A DNA stretch of 63,602 nucleotides, filler included, from Octopus bimaculoides (GCF_001194135.2; 10 parts of 9 records of this genome joined end to end with filler, not necessarily neighbours in it), one strand, 5' to 3'. Shown: positions 26,642 to 38,462, counted from the whole stretch's first letter. Program-made: numbers and translations. The notes: generated by a model not told the origin, from the letters alone.

Positions 26642-27212
26642 GTGTGTATACATATGAATGTATAGATGTATACATATAGATTTATATGTATATATGTATC
26701 TATAAAGTAACAAACTGAGGAAAAGAGATCTTTCAAAGGGGTGTCTTAAACATTTAATTCACTGGTACATCAGTTGAATACCACATAAATATTGGTATAA
26801 TGCAATTACTAAGATAATTAAATACAAGGACCTTTTTGTGTGCACAGTCTGTGACAGACCATGCCTGTTTTTGGCTGGCCTCAAATCTCACCTGCGAACC
26901 CATGGAAAACAAACTTCAACTAGCTATTCTAATTATATGTCTGTGCACACGTTTGAATGTGGTGTGTGCCAGAGGGCTTGCAAATCCAATGGGGGTCTTA
27001 AAAGACATGTTAGGATCCACAATGAGCAGAACTTACCTGCAGGTATTGGTAGTACAAATCAGAGGTGCAATCTGTGTGGGTGTTTTTTCAAAACATTGTC
27101 TGGTTTAAAAAGCCACATCAGACGCCATGAAAGGGCTAAGGTGTAGGTGCAGGAGGTGGTCAAACTCTGTGTAAGGAGTAGACAACCACCATAAATGTAT
27201 ATGTATACATGG

Positions 27213-27300
<88 letters not shown>

Positions 27301-27529
27301 ATACATAGATTTATATGTATATATATATGTATATATGTGTGTGTATACATATGCATTTATGGATATGTATAGAAGTATACATATAGATTTATATATATAT
27401 ATGTATCTATAAAGTAACAAACTGAGGAAAAGAGATCTTTCAAAAGAGTATCTTAAACATCTAATTCACTGGTACATCAGTTGAATACCATATGCATTGG
27501 TGTACTGCAATTACTAAGATAATTAAATA
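26586..27529 (+). repeat. ~240-bp imperfect direct repeats (26586-26824 and 27295-27529) flanking the zinc-finger retrocopy
   Basis: Both contain ATGTATATACATAGATTTATATG...TATAAAGTAACAAACTGAGGAAAAGAGATCTTTCAAA...CTGGTACATCAGTTGAATACCA...GCAATTACTAAGATAATTAAATA. Confidence 0.9.
26829..27192 (+). mobile_element. 5'-truncated RTE retrocopy consisting only of three C2H2 zinc fingers and a short 3' UTR
   Basis: Stop-free frame DLFVCTVCDRPCLFLAGLKSHLRTH / FECGVCQRACKSNGGLKRHVRIH / [26 protein letters not shown]. Colinear with 41669-42032, including the GACAACCACCAT end. Confidence 0.9.
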
Positions 27530-27713
27530 GAGAGGTACTATTTTTTAATCATTGTTTATGTTATAAAATATGTTATATTCATATATATATATAGACGTAT
27601 ATTTATAGATGTATATGTATAGATGTATATATATAGATTTGCATGCATATATATGTATACATATCTATATGTATATATGCATATGTATAGATTTGTATGC
27701 ATATATATGTATA

Positions 27714-30700
27714 CTAGCAGAAGTGCTCGGTGTTGCTCGGGGCTGTATTGCTTTAAAGTACTGTTAATGATTCTATTCAATTATGATTATTGAGGCAAAG
27801 ATTGATATAAGTTAACGCCCAACCAATCGATTTGCAACTGGATAGAAAGCCCTGCAAAGAGCATTGCAACACTCTAAGAAGGGATAACAATAGAATGTGA
27901 GGTGGCCCTGAAAAGGCTGTGTTATCGTTCTCACAATTGTAACAATTTGGTAGGTTCCTTTTCCACCAACAGCATTGGACATGCTGTTACAAAACTTCAT
28001 GCTCTGTGAAGACAGAACAGATGCCCTATGGAGGAAAGAGGGGGATTAATCATGGGTAAGTAAATATGGGTAAGTTTGAAAATATACAACAATAGCACCT
28101 ACTCACTATATGTCAGACCGGCAAGAGTGTAGTGGTGCTGAATAGATGAATCACAACACCTGTCATGGAGATGTTGTGTAAAATGACCTGTTACTTTTGA
28201 ACATGTTTTTTTGTTTTTCTTTGTGGAACGAACATGAAAGCATCACTCTTGCTGTCCACATGCGAGCAGCCAACGTAAAGCTCACCATGGGAGAAACACG
28301 GCTCCCCTAAATGTATTCCCGTGACAGACAGTGTTTGCCCCTGTGCTTTGTTAATTGACATTGCGAAGCATGGCTTGACTGGAAACTGGGACCTCCAAAC
28401 TGTGAAAGGTAGGTCTGCTCCTGATGGGAAAAGATGCATCCTCGGTATGAGCACAACCTTGCCTCGACCACACCCTGTGATTATTGCAGCCTCAATTAGA
28501 TCGGGAGATAAGGACTTAACAATCAAATGTATCCCATTGCATTGTTTCGGCAGAACCAAATTTCGAATGAGCATTATAGGGGGTACCAAGTTTAAGTTTC
28601 AGAATGTGTGGGGGTAGTCCAGGGGGCTGAAAGGAATTTAGTACCTCTATTGGATAGTTGATGACGTCCTCGGGGTCAGGAGTTCTATCGATAGACTTAT
28701 ATATATAGCAATCCCCAGGAATGAGTTTTAGCATTTGATCATTAATATGGTTAACAGTTTTATTCTTCGGGGCCAGAATAGCCTTTTGGCCAATCCAATC
28801 CATATTCTGATAATTTGCTTGGAGATCTGGGAACACTGCATCCGTGAGGCGTATTAACAATGGTACAAAGTGAATTGATGGCAACATTACCCTTTTCGTC
28901 GCAGGGAGTTTTGCCTTCACTAAGTGCAAGGAGGGTGTTAGAAAATTCTGCTGATGCTATGTCACCTTGCATATGAGCAGGCATGTTAGTGTTAAGTTTG
29001 AGCGTCTTCACTAGGGGCCACAATGTGGACGACTTAAGACACGCACATACTGTATCAGCTGTAGTTGAAGACAACTGTCATGGCTATGAATAAGTATGTA
29101 TCGCTTATTGTGCTGTTCACCATGGAGAAGTACAGCCACTTCATTGCACAAAAGAACGTTATAACGGCGTGCGTGCTCCCCAGAAGGTCTTTTGTCAGCA
29201 TCAATGACAATAGTAAAGTTTGGTGAAGGGACTATTTGCAAGGCGTATTTGAAACTGCGAATATAGCTGTTGTGCTCATGAAGCATGTTTTGCAGACTGA
29301 GTAGAACGTCCCTGTCAAAAGTATCAGCGTTAGTGTTTGCAGGTGGTGGAATAACGCCGAACCGCACATCAAGTTGNNNNNNNNNNNNNNNNNNNNNNNN
29401 NNNNNNNNNNNNNNNNNNNNNNNNNNNNNNNNNNNNNNNNNNNNNNNNNNNNNNNNNNNNNNNNNNNNNNNNNNNNNNNNNNNNNNNNNNNNNNNNNNNN
29501 NNNNNNNNNNNNNNNNNNNNNNNNNNNNNNNNNNNNNNNNNNNNNNNNNNNNNNNNNNNNNNNNNNNNNNNNNNNNNNNNNNNNNNNNNNNNNNNNNNNN
29601 NNNNNNNNNNNNNNNNNNNNNNNNNNNNNNNNNNNNNNNNNNNNNNNNNNNNNNNNNNNNNNNNNNNNNNNNNNNNNNNNNNNNNNNNNNNNNNNNNNNN
29701 NNNNNNNNNNNNNNNNNNNNNNNNNNNNNNNNNNNNNNNNNNNNNNNNNNNNNNNNNNNNNNNNGAAGGTCTCGCAGCGGTAGCAGAAGGCACATTTGCA
29801 AATGATAATGGACAAATTGCGCTGCACATAAGGCGCTCTGTGAAAGTGTGAAAGTAGTTTGGTCGGAGGACTCGTTTGCTCTAATCACCTTTAACGCCAG
29901 TGCTGACGTGGTATGGCGACTGAGGTGACTTGTCTTTTTCGGTGGCATTGAATGTCCGAAAGAAAGGGTGAAAGTACAGAGAAATTGTCTTGGAAAGTAT
30001 GCATAACATTGAAGGGGGAAAAGGTGATAAGAAACGGCAAAGAAATAAATAAACTGACAGGTTTTAGTATGTATGTATGTATGTATGTATTAGTGTGTAT
30101 TCTGTGTATATATATATATGGTAGTAAGTAAATGTGTTTTAAAAAAGATTTTCAAGAAACTCACAGTTTGTAGGGAATAAATGTTTGACAGTCGATTGTA
30201 TGTGGAAAGACTGACAGGTATTTGCATGTATGTGTTTATTTGTATGTATATGTGTATTTGTACGTATGTATGAGTGTGTATTCTGTGTGTATAAATATGG
30301 TAGTAAGTAAATCTGTGAAAAAAGATTTTCCAAAAACTCAGTTTGTATTGAAAAACCTCACAGTTTGTATGGAAAAGTAAAGAGTGTATCGTATTTGAAA
30401 AAGATGGACAGGTATTTGTATGTATGTGTTTATATGTATGTATGGGTGTATTTGCATGTATGTATGTACGAGTGTGTATTCTGTGTGTATATATATGGTA
30501 GTAAGTAAATGTGTGAAAAAAGGTTTTTAAAAAACTCACAGTTTCTAGGGAATAAAAGTTTGTCAATCGCATTTATGTATGTATATCTGTATATATGTGA
30601 GATAATAGTTTCACCTTAATAGTTTCAGTATCAAAGTGAAACTGTCTGACATTAGAATAGAGACATGTCATTGTTTCACTTTTGACATGTAGTACTGCAA

Positions 30701-30917
30701 TAGTGGAGGAGATGTGATATTGCACAGGGCTCGCACTAGGCAAGAAGTTAAAAACTTTTTGGGCCTAAAACACTACTTGGACCGTAAGTAAGGCATGTGT
30801 AAAATTTCAATGAAATCGGTTGTGTAGTTCTCAAGTTTTAGAGATTCACATAGACAGACTCACAGACACACATTCTCATCTTTATATATATACATAATCT
30901 ATATGTATATATGCATA

Positions 30918-30957
<40 letters not shown>
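27714..30957 (-). mobile_element. Internally deleted Helitron with both termini and Rep/Hel remnants
   Basis: Minus strand: A|TC 5' start near 30957; MPPKKTSHLSR.. N-terminus; NSYIRSFK..DADKRPSGEHARRYN; PIF1 C-terminal motifs GLPPHILKLK, QFPVKPCFAMSINKAQGQTL, CFSHGELYV; 3' hairpin remnant CCCGAGCAACACCGAGC plus CTAG|T at 27714. Confidence 0.85.
30085..30590. repeat. ~190-bp tandem repeat (about 2.6 units) inside the Helitron
   Basis: AGTGTGTATTCTGTGT...ATATGGTAGTAAGTAAAT..AAAAAAG.TTTT..AAAAACTCACAGTTT recurs at about 30092, 30272 and 30471. Confidence 0.85.
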
Positions 30958-30958
30958 T

Positions 30959-33900
30959 TAGCTACTGTCATCTCAGCCTATGCCCCTCAACCGGGGCTCC
31001 CAGATGGGCTGAAAGACCAATTCTATGACACCCTCTTGCAAACTACCTCATCGACGAGTGACAGGGACCTTCTCTTCATGGCTGGTGACTTCAATGGTCA
31101 TGTTGGACGTCGTGCTGGAGGCTTCCATGGCATACATGGAGGTTATGGCTTCGGTTCCTGCAACGAGGAGGGAACCAGACTGCTGGAGTTCTGTGATGCA
31201 ACCGATTTTATGGTTTGCAATACCAACTTCAGGAAACCTGCCAGTCACCTAGTCACCTNNNNNNNNNNNNNNNNNNNNNNNNNNNNNNNNNNNNNNNNNN
31301 NNNNNNNNNNNNNNNNNNNNNNNNNNNNNNNNNNNNNNNNNNNNNNNNNNNNNNNNNNNNNNNNNNNNNNNNNNNNNNNNNNNNNNNNNNNNNNNNNNNN
31401 NNNNNNNNNNNNNNNNNNNNNNNNNNNNNNNNNNNNNNNNNNNNNNNNNNNNNNNNNNNNNNNNNNNNNNNNNNNNNNNNNNNNNNNNNNNNNNNNNNNN
31501 NNNNNNNNNNNNNNNNNNNNNNNNNNNNNNNNNNNNNNNNNNNNNNNNNNNNNNNNNNNNNNNNNNNNNNNNNNNNNNNNNNNNNNNNNNNNNNNNNNNN
31601 NNNNNNNNNNNNNNNNNNNNNNNNNNNNNNNNNNNNNNNNNNNNNNNNNNNNNNNNNNNNNNNNNNNNNNNNNNNNNNNNNNNNNNNNNNNNNNNNNNNN
31701 NNNNNNNNNNNNNNNNNNNNNNNNNNNNNNNNNNNNNNNNNNNNNNNNNNNNNNNNNNNNNNNNNNNNNNNNNNNNNNNNNNNNNNNNNNNNNNNNNNNN
31801 NNNNNNNNNNNNNNNNNNNNNNNNNNNNNNNNNNNNNNNNNNNNNNNNNNNNNNNNNNNNNNNNATTGGAGATTTCTGCGGGACAACCTGCTGAGAGCCA
31901 CCGACCAGATATGTGGCTGGTGTAAAGTCCCCTCTCGACCCAGAGTAACGTGGTGGTGGAACAAGGAGGTAGACAGGGCTATTAGACAAAAGAAACAGGC
32001 TTGGAAGGACTGGAAGAACAGTGGTAGTAGGGAATTGTACCAATCTGCCAGAAGGGAAGCTAGGCGACAAGTTTATTTAGCCAGAGGGTAAGCAGATAAG
32101 AAAAAGTTTGCCAATGTTCTGCACCATGAGGACCAAAGACTTTAGGTATTTCGTGTTGCAAGACAGTGTAGGAGAGAGAATAGTGATGTCATAGGACAGA
32201 AATGTGTTGGCATGGATGATGGTAAACTTGCACTAAATGAGGCTGCAAAGAAAGAGGTCTGGAGATGCCACTACGAGAGATTGCTCAATAAAGAGAATGA
32301 ATGGGAGAAAGAGAGTCTGCCGTATGTCGACCCAACTGAGGGACCAGCTATCCAAGCTGACGGTACCATGGTAGATAAAGCAATTAAGAGTATGAAGACA
32401 GGGAAAGCCCCCAGCCCATCAGGAATTACTGCAGAGATGCTCAAAATATCTGGCAGTGTTGGCTATAGCCTAGTCACCCGTATTACTAACCAGGTGATAC
32501 ACGAAGGAGTCATACCCAATGACTGGTGTAGCAGCACCATAGTCAACTGCTACAAAGGTAAAGGTGATGCTTTAGATACAAATAATTACAGAGGTATCAA
32601 GCTGTTAGATCAGGTAATGAAACTTACGGAGAGGGTCATAGCCCAACTAATTAGGGNNNNNNNNNNNNNNNNNNNNNNNNNNNNNNNNNNNNNNNNNNNN
32701 NNNNNNNNNNNNNNNNNNNNNNNNNNNNNNNNNNNNNNNNNNNNNNNNNNNNNNNNNNNNNNNNNNNNNNNNNNNNNNNNNNNNNNNNNNNNNNNNNNNN
32801 NNNNNNNNNNNNNNNNNNNNNNNNNNNNNNNNNNNNNNNNNNNNNNNNNNNNNNNNNNNNNNNNNNNNNNNNNNNNNNNNNNNNNNNNNNNNNNNNNNNN
32901 NNNNNNNNNNNNNNNNNNNNNNNNNNNNNNNNNNNNNNNNNNNNNNNNNNNNNNNNNNNNNNNNNNNNNNNNNNNNNNNNNNNNNNNNNNNNNNNNNNNN
33001 NNNNNNNNNNNNNNNNNNNNNNNNNNNNNNNNNNNNNNNNNNNNNNNNNNNNNNNNNNNNNNNNNNNNNNNNNNNNNNNNNNNNNNNNNNNNNNNNNNNN
33101 NNNNNNNNNNNNNNNNNNNNNNNNNNNNNNNNNNNNNNNNNNNNNNNNNNNNNNNNNNNNNNNNNNNNNNNNNNNNNNNNNNNNNNNNNNNNNNNNNNNN
33201 NNNNNNNNNNNNNNNNNNNNNNNNNNNNNNNNNNNNNNNNNNNNNNNNNNNNNNNNNNNNNNNNNNNNNNNNNNNNNNNNNNNNNNNNNNNNNNNNNNNN
33301 NNNNNNNNNNNNNNNNNNNNNNNNNNNNNNNNNNNNNNNNNNNNNNNNNNNNNNNNNNNNNNNNNNNNNNNNNNNNNNNNNNNNNNNNNNNNNNNNNNNN
33401 NNNNNNNNNNNNNNNNNNNNNNNNNNNNNNNNNNNNNNNNNNNNNNNNNNNNNNNNNNNNNNNGCTCGATCTGTAGAAAAGGCATAGGTAGAAACTCTAT
33501 AAGATGCACCCAGTGCAAGCTATAGACACATAAGAGGTGCAGCAATATCAAAGGAAGGTTAACTAGGAAGTTAGTTTTTCTTTGTAGCAGATGTTCAGGT
33601 GCAATAAACACTGTAAACAAACAGGAAACAACTTCTATCTCATTCCAGGGAGAAAAACTAGAGGTAGTTGATAGCTTCCACTATCAGGGTGACCAAGTAA
33701 GTAGTGGGGGTGGGTGTAGCTGCTAGAATAAGAATAGCCTGAGCAAGGTTCAGAGAGCTCTTACTTCTGCTTGCGACAAAGGGACTCTCACTCAAAGTAA
33801 AAGGCAGACTGTATGACACATGTGTACGAACAGTCATTCTACATGGTAGTGAAACATGGGCTGTGACTGCTGAGGACATGAGTAAGCTAACAAGGAATGA

Positions 33901-34315
33901 AGTCAGTATGCACCGCTGGATGAGTAATGTCAGTGTGCATACCCGACAAAGTGTAAGTATCTTGAGAGAAAAGCTGAACGTAAGAAGCATCAGTTGTGTT
34001 GCGCAAGAGAGACGACTGCGCTGGTATGGACATGTGGCAAGAATGGACGAGGATAGCTGCGTGAAAAAGTGCCAAACCCTAACAGTTGAGGGAACCCGTG
34101 GAAGAGGTAGGCCCAAGAAGACCTGGGCTGAGGTGGTGAGGCAAGACCTTCGAACATTGGGCCTCACTGAGGCGATGACTTCCGACCGAGACCTTTGGAA
34201 ATATGCTGTGCGTGAGAAGACCCGGCAAGCCAAGTGAGACCTAAATCCAAGGTTTCTGCCAGGGGTGTAGCCAGCCCACTTATGCGTACCTTTCCTTCAT
34301 TGGACACTAAACTTC
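30959..34315 (+). mobile_element. RTE-clade LINE (APE endonuclease + RT + internal PHD-like finger), 5'-truncated, gapped, with stops
   Basis: ISAYAPQ..AGDFNGHVG..GYGFGSCNEEGTRLLEFC (APE); MKTGKAPSPSGI, YKGKGDALDTNNYRGIKLL (RT); CRKGIGRNSIRCTQCKL*THKRC..CSRC; RRLRWYGHVARM..GRGRPKKTW..DRDLW. Confidence 0.95.
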
Positions 34316-34754
34316 NNNNNNNNNNNNNNNNNNNNNNNNNNNNNNNNNNNNNNNNNNNNNNNNNNNNNNNNNNNNNNNNNNNNNNNNNNNNNNNNNNNNN
34401 NNNNNNNNNNNNNNNNNNNNNNNNNNNNNNNNNNNNNNNNNNNNNNNNNNNNNNNNNNNNNNNNNNNNNNNNNNNNNNNNNNNNNNNNNNNNNNNNNNNN
34501 NNNNNNNNNNNNNNNNNNNNNNNNNNNNNNNNNNNNNNNNNNNNNNNNNNNNNNNNNNNNNNNNNNNNNNNNNNNNNNNNNNAAATCGATATTAATTAAT
34601 ATATGATTTTTTACCCTATGTTTTAATTTGTATGTATATATATATAGATATATACATATATATATATATATATATACATATATACATATATAAATATATA
34701 TGGGTATGTGTATATATATATATATATATATACATATATAAATATATATATGTG

Positions 34755-35227
34755 TGCTAATAAATAGCGTAATTAGGATAAATTATCCATACATTGCAGA
34801 AAAATACGTTACCAGCCAGCCATGAGACTCGAACTCAGATCCCTGTGATTACGCGTCAAGTGCTTTACCATTAAGCTAAACTGCCCAGTAACGAATTCTT
34901 CTGCAATTTTAGAACTTATAAATTTAGCTTCATAAGACGCTAACGAGATGTATTGAAAGGTAGAGAACCTTTCAATCCATCTCAAAGCTTCTAAAACAAA
35001 CTTTGTTTGCTTACTTTCATCGTGAATTGAATTTAACGTTAGCGTCTTATGAAGCTAAATTTATAAGTTCTAAAATTGCAGAAGAATTCATTACTGGGCA
35101 GTTTAGTTTAATGGTAAAGCACTTGACGCATAATCACACGGATGTGAGTTCGAGTCTCAGGGCTGGCCGATAACGTATTTTTCTGTAATGTATGGATAAT
35201 TTATCTTGATCACACTATTTATTAGCA
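34755..35227. repeat. 191-bp inverted repeat whose arms each contain an outward-facing tRNA-like head
   Basis: 34755-34945 vs 35037-35227: 13 mismatches counted; TAG(C/T)TTAATGGTAAAGC A-box and GAGTTCGAGTCTC B-box in each arm. Confidence 0.9.
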
Positions 35228-35323
35228 TTATCACATGTTTGAGAAAAAAATATTAATTTCTCTACCTTTCAATACATCTCAACGCTTCTAAAACAAACTT
35301 TGTTTACTTTCATCGTAAGTTGA

Positions 35324-35366
<43 letters not shown>

Positions 35367-35385
35367 CATATATGTATATATATAC

Positions 35386-35547
35386 ATCATCATCATTATT
35401 GTTTAACGTCTGCTTTCCATGCTAGCATGGGTTGGACAATTTGACTGAAGACTGGCAAACCAGATGCCTGCACCAGGCTCCAATTTGATCTGGCAGAGTT
35501 TCTACAGCTGGATGCCCTTCCTAATGCCAACCACTCAGTGAGTGTAG
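35386..35547 (-). mobile_element. RTE 3' UTR fragment
   Basis: CATCAT..GTTTAACGTC.GCTTTCCATGCTAGCATGGGTTGGAC..GGCAGAGTTTCTACAGCTGGATGCCCTTCC. Confidence 0.85.
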
Positions 35548-36232
35548 ACATATATACATATGCATATATATTTATACAAATTATAGTTTGAATGGAGACA
35601 ATATGGGTGGAAAACTATAGGAACAATATCCCATCTCCAACAAAAGATTTAATATACATGTGTGTGCATATCATCCTTGAATCAATAATTATACACAATT
35701 CTTAGTATCAAAAATACCAAAAATGAAATAAAAGTACACAGGCATATAAAAACACATAAACTTCAAAAATATAATGAATGTTTAAAAATATTTTTAAATA
35801 TTTTAAAAATATTTATAAGTATTCCTAATTTCCAAGCCATATAAAAACATTAATCAATATAAGATGATGTAATACGATACATAAACCTTCGGTATGATAT
35901 AACATATAGTGAATAAATATATACGATATGATATCACAAAATTTATATGTATTATAAGAACGTGTACAATACAGAAAATAGATTTATATACACTATATCG
36001 AAAAAAACATGCACAACACGGGGTAATATTCAAAGTCACCATCTACGGGCTGTTTCAGAGATGTGTCTTATAATATGGTATAGTACTCATATTTGGAGAA
36101 AACTAGACACTCCCTTCATCAGGATGTTCAATCTCACAAAAAACATACAGTGACACAAGACAATATATTAACATACAGAATTATATACAATTCAGATCAT
36201 TGGAGGTAAAGGCAACATCATGTAATGTAGGA

Positions 36233-36505
36233 AATCATATGGCGTAGTGGTTAAGAGCACGGGCTACTAACCCCAAGATTCCGAGTTCGATTCACGGCAG
36301 CGACCTGATTAATAATAGTAATAATAATAATAATATAATAATAGTAACATCGTTAGGAATAAGAACCCAGGTTCGAAATTTCCCCAAGACACCTGACGAA
36401 GGCTGGAGGGTATATCAGCCGAAACGTTGTGTTAACAACAAACAAGATGAGGACAAATATCCATCAAATGTAAATAATTCCTCATCTCTTAAATATAGAA
36501 CTGTA
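36233..36505 (+). mobile_element. tRNA-headed SINE (family C) with (TAA)n linker and hammerhead-containing tail
   Basis: A-box TGGCGTAGTGG (36240), GGG-CTACTAA-CCC anticodon-like stem-loop, B-box GAGTTCGATTC, (TAA)n, tail with hammerhead at 36388-36433 and a GATGAGG/CCTCATC terminal hairpin. Confidence 0.85.
36388..36433 (+). ncRNA. Minimal type I hammerhead ribozyme motif
   Basis: GACAC CUGACGA A GGCUG-GAGGGUAUAU-CAGCC GAAAC GUU GUGUU. The two differences from the 3142-3187 copy fall at the variable core N7 and in loop II. Confidence 0.8.
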
Positions 36506-36507
36506 AC

Positions 36508-36538
<31 letters not shown>

Positions 36539-36540
36539 TA

Positions 36541-36745
36541 TATCATCATCATCGTCGTTTAACGTCCGCTTGCCATGCTAGCATGGGTTGGACAATTTGA
36601 CTTAGGACTGGTGGACCAGGAGGCTACACCACGCTCCAGTCTGATTTGGCAGAGTTTCTACAGCTGGATGCCCTTCTTAACGCCAACCACTCTGAGAGTA
36701 TAGCGGGTGCTTTTACGTGCCACCAGCACGGAGGCCAGTCAGGCA
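36541..36745 (-). mobile_element. RTE 3' UTR fragment
   Basis: Same tail as 35386 and 38268, more diverged. Confidence 0.85.
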
Positions 36746-36760
36746 GTACTGGCAACAGCC

Positions 36761-36805
<45 letters not shown>

Positions 36806-38267
36806 TAAAAATTTAGATTCAGATGAATATGGTACTTAAGTTGAGGCACCAGAATTTAGTACAGTATTATCCATACAATTTCAAAGTAAGGTGATTAAAA
36901 TCAAAATAAGCAACAAGGAGATCCAGATGTAATGCAGTATGATCGTTTCATGCAACTCCATTTAATTGAACAATGCAATCATTATATCAATTTAAAATGC
37001 AGAGCAATCCTCAGATGGACACATTAGTATAATTATACCTAAAATCTTCAAGAAGTTAAGGAGATAGACAAAGAACATGTTGTCTCTACTTCAGCATAGA
37101 AGTTACTAAATTATCAACAAGACTCTGCCTATTAGTGATTTTATTTGTTTTTATGGGGTCAGTTTTAATTTATAGACTAGTTTATCAAATCTTTGTATAT
37201 TTAAGGCTGAGAGAATAAAGGGCAGTATCTGTTAGGGGTAGGGCTGAGGGCGCAGACAGAAATCATAGTTGGTATAGTCATAAAAATTAAGATTTATTAC
37301 AAGCAATATCATGAGGTTTGGTAAAGGAAAACTTAAAACAAGATGTTAGCTGACAACTAACGGGGTCGCCCACTAGCAGACCATTGATAATGAAACAGGG
37401 GAAGTCTTATCATGTAGTATTATAGTTAAATTTTTTAAACAATGTTGCTATATTGTATACAGTTGATGTTTAAGGCTATTCAGAGGGTTATTAAGAAGAA
37501 TATTTTAACAAAAGGATAGAAATTTATGAATACTTTTGAGTATATACCAAACTTTTACCACAATAGAGGGAAGAAAAGAAATTATCCAGAAATAGTTTAA
37601 TATTTATACATATTGTACACTTAAATACTAACTCATCAGATGGTATCTCTGAATATTGATTAATTGGTATGTACTGGTATTAATAAAAGAGTATTGAGGT
37701 AAAAGAACATTCTAATTATATATTAATAAAATTATAATCTAAGCAGTTTTTTTACAAGTAGTAAATATACCAGTATAGTTTTATATAAGCTAAGTATGAA
37801 TTTATAGAGATACAAAGATTAGCTTAATTTTATGAATAAATAAAGGCTAATTATAAAATAATAAAGAAATGAAACAAAATAATCAAGTAGGACAGAACAC
37901 CAAAGAAAAGGAATAAAATAGCTTAATTACTAATACTATGGTAAAGTATAAGTATCTTATTAACACCAATAGAGGAGATTTATAGAAAAGTATAATAATT
38001 CAAAATATATTAGACTGAAAATTATATATTTACTTATTTAGGTTATTTAGCTAATTTAATTAAATTTTATGTCTTTGTGCAGCTGAGGATATATATATAT
38101 ATATATATATAGCAATTAGAAAATGGAGGAGAATATGTGGTAACCCATCGACTTGCAGACAGTGTATTCCGTTGAATTGATTAATTTATTTTGTAACTAA
38201 AATGAGAAAAACCACAATATACAAATGCTTATGACATACCATGCTATATTAACAATCAAGGTTCATC

Positions 38268-38462
38268 ATCATAATCATCATCATCGTTTAACGTCCGCTT
38301 TCCATGCTAGCATGGGTTGGACGATTTGACTGAGGACTGGTGAAACCGGATGGCAACACCAGGCTCCAATCTAATTTGGCAGAGTTTCTACAGCTGGATG
38401 CCCTTCCTAACGCCAACCACTCAGAGAGTGTAGTGGGTGCTTTTACGTGTCACCTGCACGAG
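38268..38462 (-). mobile_element. RTE 3' UTR fragment (young copy)
   Basis: About 2 mismatches over ~185 bp vs the reverse complement of 24305-24490. Confidence 0.9.

Noticed and set aside
26838-27146. Bona fide host C2H2 zinc-finger gene
   Set aside because: No ATG or clear splice acceptor, and colinear with a LINE 3' end including its UTR.
35085-35170. Functional tRNA genes (here, at 34815-34890 and at 36233-36305)
   Set aside because: A/B boxes are present but acceptor stems are not convincingly paired, and the context is repeat-like; treated as SINE-type heads. tRNAscan-SE would settle it.
37180-37900. Possible mitochondrial insertion (AT-rich, strand-skewed)
   Set aside because: No frame gave a convincing mitochondrial protein, rRNA or tRNA motif.
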